Positions 15,723 through 24,000 of a DNA stretch of 24,000 nt are shown here, in pieces (the stretch's first letter is position 1; each line of letters begins with the position of its first letter). The notes beneath the pieces are model-generated. The model was not told the origin of the DNA. It did not search any database and was given only the letters and a program-made list of their open reading frames with translations. The DNA is from an uncultured Candidatus Saccharibacteria bacterium (GTDB taxonomy: Bacteria; Patescibacteriota; Saccharimonadia; Saccharimonadales; UBA4665): contig CAZRIO010000001.1 of NCBI GenBank assembly GCA_964600185.1, positions 12,522 to 36,521 on the forward strand, written 5' to 3'. The position numbers were made by a program, and so were the translations under genes.

Positions 15723-15729
15723 ACGCCCT

Positions 15730-15735
15730 ATTATA
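15730..15735 (-). promoter_or_regulatory. -10 box TATAAT located 7 nt upstream of the obg ATG (leaderless-type layout)
   Basis: The minus strand reads TATAAT agggcgt ATG (ATG at 15722-15720), inside the 39-nt gap after the upstream gene. Confidence 0.45.
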
Positions 15736-15761
15736 GAGAGTTATGCACAGTTTTACCACTG

Positions 15762-16952
15762 TTAGTAAACAAATGTGTATCCGCTCGCGCCGCTGGCTGG
15801 AATAAGTTTGTAGTCAACGACACCAAAACCACCGGTCGGCGTGCTGTCTGTCATGCTCTTTTGACCATACGAGTTCATCTCTGAAATCCAGAAACTACCA
15901 TCGGCATTGACGACTTCGACAATCGCTACATGCCCTGGCCTATCGCTGTGTTTTACGGCCACAGCGTATTGGCGCGGCGCGCTGCCGGTCGGGTTACCGA
16001 AGCTTGCGGAACGACTTGCCCAGGTGAAAGCATCACCAAGGTTCGTGGGCACTGGTATACCAAGTTGCGCACGTCGTTTGGCCGCGTACCACGTACACCA
16101 ACCAGGTTCATATCCGTTCGAACCGTAAGTGGCCGAACTTCCCAGGTAACCTAAGCTGTAGCCCCCCGACGAGCCAAAAGGAGAAGTACTTACTTGCTGG
16201 CCGTTTGGAATAATAATCTGCTCACCGGCGTGCAAACCAGAAATTTCAGCATCGTTATATGCAATAATCTGAGTTTTGTCAGCCTTGAATTTTGTTGCCA
16301 GTGAGTCCGGGGTTTCGCCGGCTAACACCGTATAGACGATACCCGTAACTGGCGGAATATTCAGTTTTGTGCCAGCCGCAACCGTGTTGCCACTAATGCC
16401 ATTGGACCAACGGATACTGTTAGAAGTAACGTTGAATTTTTGTGCAATACTTTCGATGGTATCACCGGCGACCGTGCTATACACACGAATATCTTTACGC
16501 GATTTAAGCGCCGTTAACACCTCTTGCGGTTTAGCAACTACAGTACTATCAGCTGAACTGAGTGTCATAACTGTATTCGCACTAATTGCTTGGTTGGCGA
16601 CTTCGCCCGCTTCCGGCAAGCTTGTCATGCGTGCAACACTTACGGCGATATCGGCCGAAGATAATTGATCAAGCGGATCAGCACTTTTGGCGGTGTTGGT
16701 CGCTACCGCATTAGAAATAGGGCTCTGTGATGCATTGTGAGAGCCTTGAAAAACAAAAAATATAATTGCTCCGAGGACGACCACATTACCAGCGACTAGG
16801 CTGTAACGAATAGTGCGTCGGCGGGCAGTTGCGTTACCGAATAACTTGCGCATTCGGCGCGCCATAATACCGGAACGAAGTGGTTTTTCCGCCTGTTCCG
16901 CTAGAGTGTGAGACGTTGATTGACTAATACGATTCTCCTGGCAAATTGCCAT
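15762..16952 (-). CDS. Membrane-anchored peptidoglycan hydrolase: N-terminal TM segment, two LysM repeats, C-terminal CHAP (Cys/His amidohydrolase-peptidase) domain
   Basis: TM segment YSLVAGNVVVLGAIIFFVF. LysM repeats VYSTVAGDTIESIAQKFNV...LNIP and VYTVLAGETPDSLATKFKA...IIIP. CHAP-like ...GYEPGWCTWYAAKRRAQLG...GHVAIVEVVN... The start is uncertain: 16952, or the internal ATG at 16865. Confidence 0.88.
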   Translation of the reverse strand: MAICQENRISQSTSHTLAEQAEKPLRSGIMARRMRKLFGNATARRRTIRYSLVAGNVVVLGAIIFFVFQGSHNASQSPISNAVATNTAKSADPLDQLSSADIAVSVARMTSLPEAGEVANQAISANTVMTLSSADSTVVAKPQEVLTALKSRKDIRVYSTVAGDTIESIAQKFNVTSNSIRWSNGISGNTVAAGTKLNIPPVTGIVYTVLAGETPDSLATKFKADKTQIIAYNDAEISGLHAGEQIIIPNGQQVSTSPFGSSGGYSLGYLGSSATYGSNGYEPGWCTWYAAKRRAQLGIPVPTNLGDAFTWASRSASFGNPTGSAPRQYAVAVKHSDRPGHVAIVEVVNADGSFWISEMNSYGQKSMTDSTPTGGFGVVDYKLIPASGASGYTFVY

Positions 16953-17133
16953 ATCTTACCGTTTTTTAGCTATTTTTCCAAGAAAGTTCGACCATTCTTG
17001 ACTTTCAAACATGTCGGTAAAACAGTAGCTAACAGTGGTCATTTCGTACGCACACGAAAGCTACGCTACAAGTATACCAAATATACCTGTTATGGCAAGT
17101 CGCTGTAACACCTGTCGACCTCTGTTAATACGC

Positions 17134-18186
17134 TTATTGTTGGCACAATTTGTGGCAGTATTGCTGTACTTGCTGCTCGTGCTGCTGAACTGTTTGAGAG
17201 AAGTAGGTTTTACCATCATCACCCGAGACAAAGAACAGCCAATTCGTCGCCGCAGGATGCGCAACCGCGCCCAAAGAACTCGCACTCACATTACTGATAG
17301 GCGTCGGCGGCAAACCGGTGTGCAGACGCGTATTGTAAGGAGAATCGTAGGTGACCGAGGCTTTTTGGCCGGCCAAAGTCGCACCATAAAATGCAGTCAC
17401 GTCCGAACCCAGTGAAATACCCGTTCGTAAGCGCGTCAAGAACACTTGAGCGGCCTGAGCACGGTCTGTTGAATTAGAAACTTCCTGTTCGACAATCGAA
17501 GCCAGAATAATCCCTTGGTACGTACTCAAGCCTTGCGCGGCAAAGGCGGCGCGAATATCCGGAGTAAGGTGTTTGCTCATTTCGGCCATGGACTCTTTAA
17601 TGATGGTCTGCAAGCTTGTTTCTGAGTCTTTTTGGAAGGAATCAGGATATAAATAGCCCTCGAGGCTTGCGCTCGCCGGCTTATCAACAAGCGCGGGGTT
17701 ACCCGCATACTGCGCGGGATCAAGCGCATCATCAATCTGCGCCTTGGTGTAGCCTGCACTTTCAAATGCCGTCTTGAGCTGATCGAGACGTTGAGCTGGC
17801 AAAATAGTAACGAGATCAGTTGCAATTTTCCCATGGGTGAGCACAGCTACGATCTGTGGCGTAGTCTGGTCAGCACGCAGCGAATAGGTGCCGGCCTGCA
17901 AAGCATCGCGAACCTCTTTGGTGCTAATGTACCACTGAAATGCCCAGGTACTTCTGATAAGTCCTAATTTCTTGAGTTTCGCGGCGATTGCCTTTGACGA
18001 AGAACCCGAATTGATTGTCACTGAAACCGCTTGAGAACTACTGCTGACAGGCTTGAGGTTTTGGTTATATATTGCGCGGACACCCACAGTCGCCATTACG
18101 AGTAAGATAACTATTGTTGCGATAACCCAAAGTACCCGGCGAGGCCATCGACGGCGCTTTTGTCGGGATTCGTAGGCGTATTTCAT
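17134..18186 (-). CDS. mltG: Endolytic murein transglycosylase MltG (YceG-like)
   Basis: 350 aa. N-terminal TM anchor, then YLYPDSF, ILASIVEQEV and SPYNTRLHTGLPPTPISNV...LFFVS, which are YceG family signatures. The start overlaps the ruvX stop (ATGA at 18183-18186). Confidence 0.93.
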   Translation of the reverse strand: MKYAYESRQKRRRWPRRVLWVIATIVILLVMATVGVRAIYNQNLKPVSSSSQAVSVTINSGSSSKAIAAKLKKLGLIRSTWAFQWYISTKEVRDALQAGTYSLRADQTTPQIVAVLTHGKIATDLVTILPAQRLDQLKTAFESAGYTKAQIDDALDPAQYAGNPALVDKPASASLEGYLYPDSFQKDSETSLQTIIKESMAEMSKHLTPDIRAAFAAQGLSTYQGIILASIVEQEVSNSTDRAQAAQVFLTRLRTGISLGSDVTAFYGATLAGQKASVTYDSPYNTRLHTGLPPTPISNVSASSLGAVAHPAATNWLFFVSGDDGKTYFSQTVQQHEQQVQQYCHKLCQQ

Positions 18187-18614
18187 GCAGCAATAATCTC
18201 CTTATGGTCTTGCAAAAAATCTTCGAGGATGTAGGTGGCTGCGAGCGCGTCAATGTCTCCTTTGACATATGGTTTGCCGCGAGCTTGTAGTTCAGCCTCG
18301 GCTTGGCGTGAAGTCACCGCCTCATCCTGTAAGTATACAGGAATATCTATGGCTTTTTGGAGTGCTGCAACAAAAGCCTTAATGGTGGCGGTTTGCTGCG
18401 TTTCCTGGCCGTTTAAGCCTCTCGGGAGACCAATGCAGAGCATGATGACGGATTCGCGCCGTATGAGGTCCAGAATAGCCTGTTGTGCGGTGTCGCCTGC
18501 GTCGATTGTGGTAAGTGGAAGTGGAATACGTGCTGCAACGCTGGCAAGTGCGACGCCGATTCGGCGACCGCCAACATCAAGCGCCATTATCGAAGCATTA
18601 GGATCCTTTGGCAT
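18183..18614 (-). CDS. ruvX: Putative pre-16S rRNA nuclease / Holliday-junction-resolvase-like protein YqgF (RuvX)
   Basis: ...IMALDVGGRRIGVALAS..., ...IGLPRGLNGQETQQT..., ...VYLQDEAVTSRQAE... is the YqgF pattern. ATG 18614 (or 18587) is preferred; the track start at 18698 adds a non-homologous extension that overlaps the upstream gene. Confidence 0.88.
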   Translation of the reverse strand: MPKDPNASIMALDVGGRRIGVALASVAARIPLPLTTIDAGDTAQQAILDLIRRESVIMLCIGLPRGLNGQETQQTATIKAFVAALQKAIDIPVYLQDEAVTSRQAEAELQARGKPYVKGDIDALAATYILEDFLQDHKEIIAA

Positions 18615-20319
18615 TTTGAGCGGGCTTTTCAATGACAATCGTAATCTTACTGGTGTTCTTCGGAATAGCCGACACCCAGAACGGACTGTATGAGACATCT
18701 ACATCTGTAACTCCCGGATTCGACTTAATGATGCTTTGCGCATCAGAAGCCTTTTTGCCTGCCACTTGGGTTCTCAGTGCGTCAACCTTAAGATCCGGAC
18801 CGGCGATTGCCGTATCCTGCAGCGCCACTACAGCGTTATTACCTGTTTGGCTTTGAAGTGTAAAGGTCGCTGAATCAAGGCCGTCATCTAATAAGACTTG
18901 TTTTGAGGTATCGATCTTTTTATTGACGTTATCCGATACAAGTTGGTGAAGATCCTGTTTTTTGGCGCCAAACATTGTGTAATTAACAGTTTCGTTTACC
19001 GTCACATTATCTGCTTGATCGCCGACATTCGCTGTTGTAGTGATCGCCGGCGTACCTGCCTGGAATGTCGACTGAATGGCAAATAGCCCGACGTTTTGGA
19101 AGGCGCTCGTCAGCTGCTGTTTGATGGCCGCGGTGTCTTGGCTTGCAAGTTTCTGCTTGGCACTATCGATATCTGATTGCTGCACGATTTTTACGATATT
19201 GCTCGTACCACCAGTCATGGTATTGCTCGATGTTGCCGAAGCGTCCGATCGGCCTGCAACGGTAAAGGTCGCTGAACCGATGTTGTATTGCGCACCGTTA
19301 TTTTGTGCAATGACCGGTGTTGAGCCGAGCGCTGTAAAGTTAATACAATTGCCCTTAATCTGTGGCGAACCAAACGATGTCGCCGTCTGCGTAATGAAGG
19401 TTAGACCATTGGCACTAATACCGGTACCTGCCGGAACATCGGGTGCTTGGGCCACTGCGCCGCACTCTTTAGCGGTGAAGGTCACCGAACCAGAAGCCTT
19501 GGTGCCATTATCTTTTTGACCAGTTGCCGGTGACTGTTGCGTCATGGCTTTTTGCGTCTGCTGCATCTGGGCCGGAATAGTAGCTCCCTTTACACCGCTC
19601 GCAGTACTGCTGAGCGTTACGTTAAGATTGTTCGTAATATTGCTGGCGTTCGTTTTTACCGTGATCGTGGCCTTTGGTAAGATATCGAAACAAAGAATCC
19701 AAGCCAAAATCAACAGGACAATACCGGCACCACCACAAATCAGTAATAAACGGAATCGATTAAAGTTAGGGATCTTAAACTTGCTCCCGCCAGCCTTGGC
19801 GCCCTTTTTGCCTTTTCCACTCCCCGGCATATTACCAACTCGCGGCTCGTCACCGCCCATGTGAATCGTCTCATCAACCGCTGAAGCCGGAATGCTGCCA
19901 GCAGCAAGATCGCCAACCGGTTTTGCGGCGTCAAGTTGCGCGGGCGTGTCGTCTTCCATGCTGAGCGCTTCTTCGATTTCTTCGGGAGCGCGATTGCTAA
20001 GTGGCACATCAGGGATTTCCGGTTTTGATTGCAGGTTTTTAGCAACATACAAACCAACACCACCAGCAAGCGGCAACAATCCAGGTTCGCTCGTGATAAG
20101 TACAAGGTGTTTCTTGGCTTCGTCAGAAGTGCGCTTGAGTAATTTCATATTGACGACACTTTGTAGCATCGTTGCGCGCTTCGGAAGTACTAAGGCCACA
20201 ATTTTCTGTGAAGAGCCGCGAACTTTATCGATAATTGCAGTGATCTCGTCATCGACATCAACGTAAATCGTCTCTTTTCCGGCGTTGTTGGGGTTGGCTA
20301 AACTTGGGCTTGTACTCAT
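18598..20319 (-). CDS. Large bitopic membrane protein, function unknown; translationally coupled to the FtsA-like ATPase
   Basis: 573 aa. A ~100-aa cytoplasmic globular domain (ETIYVDVDDEITAIIDKVRGSSQKIVALVLPKRATMLQSVVNMKLLKR...HLVLITSE) is followed by an acidic/Gly-Lys linker and a single TM helix (FRLLLICGGAGIVLLILAWILCF). After that comes a ~360-aa extracytoplasmic region rich in T/S/N/Q/A/G. The ATG overlaps the upstream stop (ATGA at 20316-20319). Confidence 0.8.
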   Translation of the reverse strand: MSTSPSLANPNNAGKETIYVDVDDEITAIIDKVRGSSQKIVALVLPKRATMLQSVVNMKLLKRTSDEAKKHLVLITSEPGLLPLAGGVGLYVAKNLQSKPEIPDVPLSNRAPEEIEEALSMEDDTPAQLDAAKPVGDLAAGSIPASAVDETIHMGGDEPRVGNMPGSGKGKKGAKAGGSKFKIPNFNRFRLLLICGGAGIVLLILAWILCFDILPKATITVKTNASNITNNLNVTLSSTASGVKGATIPAQMQQTQKAMTQQSPATGQKDNGTKASGSVTFTAKECGAVAQAPDVPAGTGISANGLTFITQTATSFGSPQIKGNCINFTALGSTPVIAQNNGAQYNIGSATFTVAGRSDASATSSNTMTGGTSNIVKIVQQSDIDSAKQKLASQDTAAIKQQLTSAFQNVGLFAIQSTFQAGTPAITTTANVGDQADNVTVNETVNYTMFGAKKQDLHQLVSDNVNKKIDTSKQVLLDDGLDSATFTLQSQTGNNAVVALQDTAIAGPDLKVDALRTQVAGKKASDAQSIIKSNPGVTDVDVSYSPFWVSAIPKNTSKITIVIEKPAQNAKGS

Positions 20320-21662
20320 ACTCGAAGCATCCTATCTAGTTTGTCGCGCATAGAACTGGCAGGGTCTGTGGCCGAACCCGAAAACTGCATGGTGTCGAGG
20401 CCGACACGCAAGAGTCCCATCGCAGTAATAAAGGTATGATCGGTGACGTAGCCCGTTTTGTCAACGATGCCAATAACCTGACTGGGCTGAATGTGCTGCA
20501 CCGTTGGCTTACGCGTAAAAGGCAAGTTGGTGTACCAATCCGTCTCGTGCAATTTGTCCATCAACATATCAAGACTCGAACCGCCGCCACACAATAACAA
20601 GCGATATGGCAAATGATCGAGTTTGTCGAATTCACTCAAAGCCAGTTCAACACCGCTCATCCAAACATCGAGCGTTTTGCTTAATGCACCTTCGACGGCA
20701 GGGATTTTTTGTGGAGGAATATGACCGTCGGCAAGACCAAGTTTAAATTCTTCGGCTTCATCAAATTCAACATTCAATTCGCGTTCAACGGCGCGTGTGT
20801 ATGCGCGTCCACCGATGCCGAACATCTTGGTACCCTGTACGCCGCCATCGTTAATGACTGCGATATCTGTCGTACCGCCACCAATGTCCATCAAAACCGC
20901 GCTCATACTTGCGTTGGCGTTGTCACCGATTACTGATCGAGCAACGGCAAATGGCTCAGCCGCAACTGCTAATAAATCGAGATCGAGTTGCTGCGCCGTT
21001 CGTTCAAGGGCGCCGATATGAATCATCGGCGCAAAAGCCGTATACAGCTGTACGACGACATCGCGACCCTGGAAACCGATAGGATTGGTCACTTTGTAGC
21101 CGTCAATTTCGATCCCGACCAGCGCGCTGTTTACCAGACGCACTTCGACTTCTTTTCCGCCGAGTTCCCATGCAAGCTGTTGTTTTGCTTTGGACTGCGC
21201 ACGTTCTTGAACGAGCTTAATGATGCGTTCCATCTCTGGTAGGTCGAGTGCTTTGTCTGGTTGCTTGCGCGATACACGAACAGTGGTCGTGGTGCCTTTT
21301 ACGAGCTCGCCAGCGATGCCGATAATTGCGGTGCGCACACTGATGCCGGCCTGGTCTTCTGCCTGACTAAGTGCTTTGTCGCAGTTTTCAACCACACTGC
21401 TAATGTCGGCAATGGCCCCGGCCTGCATGTCGCTCAATGATTGATGAGCTCGGCCTACACCGATAATCTCAACACCGTCATCGGTTATACGCCCGACAAG
21501 TGCTTTTACAAATTCAGTACCAATATCGAGCGCAACGATGTGCTCTTCTTGGGGTGTTTTCTTGGTGCGGCCAGTCTTCGTCGCTTTCGCACTAACCCGC
21601 GACGCCTCTGAGGCGACCTTCGAGGCAACGACTTGACTGAGGTTTTTCATCTTATCAAGCAT
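20316..21662 (-). CDS. ftsA: Actin-fold ATPase of the FtsA family, with a basic ~40-aa N-terminal extension
   Basis: VALDIGTEFVKALVGRI...GVEIIGVG...DMQAGAIADISSVVENCDKALSQAEDQAGISVRTAIIGIAG... and ...AVLMDIGGGTTDIAVI... are FtsA-type phosphate/adenosine motifs. The C-terminal ...SSMRDKLDRMLRV could be an amphipathic membrane-targeting helix. Confidence 0.8.
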   Translation of the reverse strand: MLDKMKNLSQVVASKVASEASRVSAKATKTGRTKKTPQEEHIVALDIGTEFVKALVGRITDDGVEIIGVGRAHQSLSDMQAGAIADISSVVENCDKALSQAEDQAGISVRTAIIGIAGELVKGTTTTVRVSRKQPDKALDLPEMERIIKLVQERAQSKAKQQLAWELGGKEVEVRLVNSALVGIEIDGYKVTNPIGFQGRDVVVQLYTAFAPMIHIGALERTAQQLDLDLLAVAAEPFAVARSVIGDNANASMSAVLMDIGGGTTDIAVINDGGVQGTKMFGIGGRAYTRAVERELNVEFDEAEEFKLGLADGHIPPQKIPAVEGALSKTLDVWMSGVELALSEFDKLDHLPYRLLLCGGGSSLDMLMDKLHETDWYTNLPFTRKPTVQHIQPSQVIGIVDKTGYVTDHTFITAMGLLRVGLDTMQFSGSATDPASSMRDKLDRMLRV

Positions 21663-21672
21663 AATCGTAATT

Positions 21673-21678
21673 ATTATA
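21673..21678 (-). promoter_or_regulatory. -10 box TATAAT located 10 nt upstream of the FtsA-like ATG
   Basis: The minus strand reads gcTATAATaattacgattATG. No SD and no clear -35. Confidence 0.35.
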
Positions 21679-21720
21679 GCACGCCACGCCTGGGTTGCAC
21701 GCCTGAAACCGCACTAAAAT

Positions 21721-22224
21721 CTAATAGGATCGCGGAGAAAGTAATTCGCCCGACTCCAGCGACTTCACCTGCGTAATGTAGAGAGTGTTATTGCCACCGA
21801 TTGTGCGAATTTTGGCGGCGTCAGCTGCCGCGTGTTCAGGGTGTGCCAAATAATCGGTAAGACGCGCACTCTCCATGAGATCTTTCGCACAGCCAGACGA
21901 AACGGCGTCGTTAGAAACATAAAATGTCGTGGTCGTGGTATTGCCATCTTTTGAGGTCTCAAATTTCGGAGCAATAACCTGTGGACAAACATCACGATGT
22001 AAGCCGCTCAGCCGCTGTGCAAACCAGAAACTATGCATATGTGTCCAGCCGATCAGTATAAACATCGTAACCAGCAACACCGCGTTCAACCCGAGTGAAA
22101 TCCAGGTCACCGGTAAGTGTCGCATGTGTCGCGAAGTGGCTTGCAATATATTTTTTGATGATTTGGTTCTGGTTGCAGCAGTTTTAGCTGCAGGTTTTTT
22201 GGAGGAATTTCGTTTTTGTGCCAT
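21721..22224 (-). CDS. Hypothetical bitopic membrane protein (basic cytoplasmic tail, one TM helix, ~100-aa external domain with two Cys)
   Basis: MAQKRNSSKKPAAKTAATRTKSSK... then the TM helix ISLGLNAVLLVTMFILIGW. ATG 22224 is preferred because of the promoter geometry. The track TTG at 22260 and ATG 22239 are alternatives. Confidence 0.65.
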   Translation of the reverse strand: MAQKRNSSKKPAAKTAATRTKSSKNILQATSRHMRHLPVTWISLGLNAVLLVTMFILIGWTHMHSFWFAQRLSGLHRDVCPQVIAPKFETSKDGNTTTTTFYVSNDAVSSGCAKDLMESARLTDYLAHPEHAAADAAKIRTIGGNNTLYITQVKSLESGELLSPRSY

Positions 22225-22230
22225 AGCGCC

Positions 22231-22260
22231 ATTGTACATGCCACAACGCATTAAACGCAA
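22231..22260 (-). promoter_or_regulatory. Putative promoter TTGCGT-18-TACAAT located 6 nt upstream of ATG 22224 (leaderless-type layout)
   Basis: The minus strand reads TTGCGT (22260-22255), an 18-nt spacer, TACAAT (22236-22231), spacer ggcgct, then ATG at 22224. Confidence 0.4.
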
Positions 22261-22263
22261 GCA

Positions 22264-23034
22264 TTATGTCTCGGTGGCCGGAACCTCTGTTGGAAGATAT
22301 ATTAGTTGCGAACCATGCTCGTCCATCCAAGTTTTTGTCGCTTCGACAGCAGTGGGCAGTGTTTGCATGCAGCGCGCAACATGTTGCTGAGAAAGGCTGA
22401 CGGCAGTCACATCAAGCGAGTGTATCGCCAGACCGTTCGTAACCGCCAGTGCACTTACAGTGGCGATGGCGCCGTCTTTGGGGTTATATTGGCGAAACTC
22501 ATACCGTTCACGTCCTTCCGCATCAGGATAATCAGTACCAAGGAGTGCATAGCCAGCGCCTAAAACGGCACGCGCCGACCGCTCATTACCGACAACCACT
22601 GACGAGCGCAAACAGTTAAGTCCCATAGTAAACGCGCACGCGGTGCGATAAGGATGCGTAGCAGTTGCAATACCCCTACCCATATGTTCCGGCTCGAACA
22701 AAATACTATATGATTCGGCTTCGTACCAGCCACGCGCTTCCCGAGAAGGTGTATAACCGCTAAAACCCGTATGTCCCACAAGCCGCTCGACAGTGTCTTG
22801 GCAATTAAATATCCCCCACACCACCCTGTCCCGGCCCGTTTTCCACCAGAGATATTCATCACTATTTTCGCGTTTTCTAAACAAGTCGGCGATCTCTCTC
22901 TGCGTATCTAAAGAAAGATATTCCGTGATCGCCGCGTCTGCACGGGGAGGCAATGTCTGGAGATCTTGCGGCTCGATACCGCGAAGCAACAGAGCGGAAT
23001 GTTCCGTTTCTATCTGCAGACGAGGACCGAACAT
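22264..23034 (-). CDS. GNAT-family N-acetyltransferase (RimJ/RimL-like) with a ~70-aa C-terminal extension
   Basis: LLLRGIEPQDL...ITEYL..., ...GHTGFSG..., ...ILFEPEHMGRGIATATHPYRTACAFTMGLNCLRSSVVVGNERSARAVLGAGYALLG fits the Acetyltransf_3-type GNAT core. It starts 6 nt after the alaS stop. Confidence 0.8.
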   Translation of the reverse strand: MFGPRLQIETEHSALLLRGIEPQDLQTLPPRADAAITEYLSLDTQREIADLFRKRENSDEYLWWKTGRDRVVWGIFNCQDTVERLVGHTGFSGYTPSREARGWYEAESYSILFEPEHMGRGIATATHPYRTACAFTMGLNCLRSSVVVGNERSARAVLGAGYALLGTDYPDAEGRERYEFRQYNPKDGAIATVSALAVTNGLAIHSLDVTAVSLSQQHVARCMQTLPTAVEATKTWMDEHGSQLIYLPTEVPATET

Positions 23035-23040
23035 AAATAT

Positions 23041-24000
23041 TTACTGCAAAACGGCTTTAATACGGCGGATGCCGGCGCTGCTTGATTCCTCTTTGAGGAT
23101 TTTGAAATGTTTGCCGTCTTCGGCGAGTTGTAGGGTGTGATCGACATGCGGACCACCACAAATTTCAAAGCTGAATGGCTTCTCGGCACCGTCTGCGATC
23201 ATTTTGTAGACTTTTACGGTGTCGCCGTAGCGGTCGCCAAAGGCACCCAAAGCGCCCATCTCGCCGCGCGCAACATCGGTTGGATATTCTGCGAAACTTA
23301 CTTTCAGGTCTTTTTGGATCTGTTCGTTGACGATATCTTCGACTTGTTTGATCTGTTCCGGCGTCATTTTGTCGGGATGGCTGAAGTCAAAACGCAACCG
23401 TTCTTCGGTGATGTTACTGCCGTGCTGGATGACATGATCACCCAAAACTTGGCGTAGCGCCTGGTACATGAGGTGCGTGGCAGTGTGATACTTTTTGTGC
23501 TGCATGGTTTGACCACCGAGGCCACCTTTGAAGACGCCTTTAGCTGCGGTCTGCGACCGCTCGCGTTGCTCTTGCATGAGCTTATCAAACTCTGCCTTTA
23601 TCAACGAACTATCCCAGGGTTCGGTGGCAATATAGCCTTCAGACCACAGCCTTTCTAGCTCCTCGTACATAATTTCCAGACCTAATTCATATGGATACCC
23701 GTGAGTATCATAGAGAACAAAAAGTAGCCGGCCAAAAAAATCTGGACCGGGCACTGAAAACGATCCGCTATGTGTTTCAGGTTTATTAATCTCGACCTTC
23801 TGAAAGACCTTTTCGAGCTCCTGCCTAAGGTAACGTGAACCCTTGCGCAAAGTTTGGCGGAAGACTTTTTCTTCTTTGACGAGGATTTCGATCACTTTAT
23901 CTCGGTTTTCGGCAACTTCTGGTAGATCTTCGTGATACAGGTTCGCAATCACCGGCACAATGTGCTCCATAAAGTTCTGCTCAATTCCCAGATCAAACGC
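23041..24000 (-). CDS. alaS: Alanine--tRNA ligase, C-terminal part (5' end outside the window); ends directly after the editing domain
   Basis: The frame is open to the window edge (...AFDLGIEQNF-MEHIVPVIANLY...). Editing-domain motifs HTATHLMYQALRQVLGDHVIQHGSNITEERLRFDFSH and FSFEICGGPHV are present, and the protein terminates at ...AGIRRIKAVLQ. Confidence 0.93.
   Translation of the reverse strand, partial: AFDLGIEQNFMEHIVPVIANLYHEDLPEVAENRDKVIEILVKEEKVFRQTLRKGSRYLRQELEKVFQKVEINKPETHSGSFSVPGPDFFGRLLFVLYDTHGYPYELGLEIMYEELERLWSEGYIATEPWDSSLIKAEFDKLMQEQRERSQTAAKGVFKGGLGGQTMQHKKYHTATHLMYQALRQVLGDHVIQHGSNITEERLRFDFSHPDKMTPEQIKQVEDIVNEQIQKDLKVSFAEYPTDVARGEMGALGAFGDRYGDTVKVYKMIADGAEKPFSFEICGGPHVDHTLQLAEDGKHFKILKEESSSAGIRRIKAVLQ

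Noticed and set aside
17035-17415. 126-aa plus-strand ORF antisense to the mltG 3' end
   Set aside because: It is Arg-rich, as is typical of an antisense frame of a real gene. mltG on the opposite strand has unambiguous family motifs.
18615-18698. Upstream extension of the ruvX track ORF
   Set aside because: YqgF homology starts at ...IMALDVGGRRIGVA. The extension overlaps the end of the 573-aa gene and is Arg-rich, as expected for an alternate frame.
1-24000. Scan for CRISPR arrays, IS/transposase or integrase genes, prophage genes, tRNA/rRNA genes, and toxin-antitoxin pairs
   Set aside because: No regularly spaced direct repeats were seen, and no transposase, integrase or phage-like ORFs. 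No tRNA-like T-arm/acceptor pattern was recognised in the intergenic regions. The only RHH module is fused to a larger domain, not paired with a small toxin.

Overview
This is a compact, gene-dense bacterial chromosome segment with about 24 protein-coding genes and short or overlapping intergenic spacers. I recognised no rRNA, tRNA, CRISPR array, transposase or integrase. Most of it is housekeeping. There is a tandem pair of ABC exporter genes (1-2441, +), then rplY/ctc, a DedA-family gene, uvrA, a YhhQ-type queuosine-precursor transporter, and an sbcB plus DHFR-like pair. A long co-directional minus-strand block runs from 24000 down to 14445: alaS (3' part), GNAT, a membrane protein, an FtsA-like ATPase, a 573-aa bitopic protein, ruvX, mltG, a LysM-CHAP hydrolase and obg. 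Several junctions in this block show ATGA or TAATG translational coupling. Gene content and compactness fit a small-genome, Gram-positive-type or Patescibacteria (CPR)-like organism, but the taxon cannot be fixed from this window. The best candidate for something undescribed is a three-gene cassette at 4837-6963, between the DedA-family gene and uvrA. It holds a DNPH1/nucleoside-2-deoxyribosyltransferase-fold domain, whose catalytic positions appear substituted, fused to a ribbon-helix-helix DNA-binding tail. Next to it are a divergently transcribed SAM methyltransferase and a second NDT-fold protein, with repeat motifs over the cassette promoters. Other points worth a second look: a perfect 31-bp inverted repeat in the rplY/DedA divergent region; the FtsA-like ATPase coupled to a large bitopic protein, inserted between alaS and ruvX-mltG; an AlaRS that ends right after its editing domain; an orphan 299-aa gene; a long yhhQ leader with a strongly SD-led 14-codon uORF; and a recurring '-10 hexamer + 6-7 nt + start codon' layout suggesting leaderless transcripts. 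All family assignments come from motif recognition by eye and need HMM or structure confirmation.
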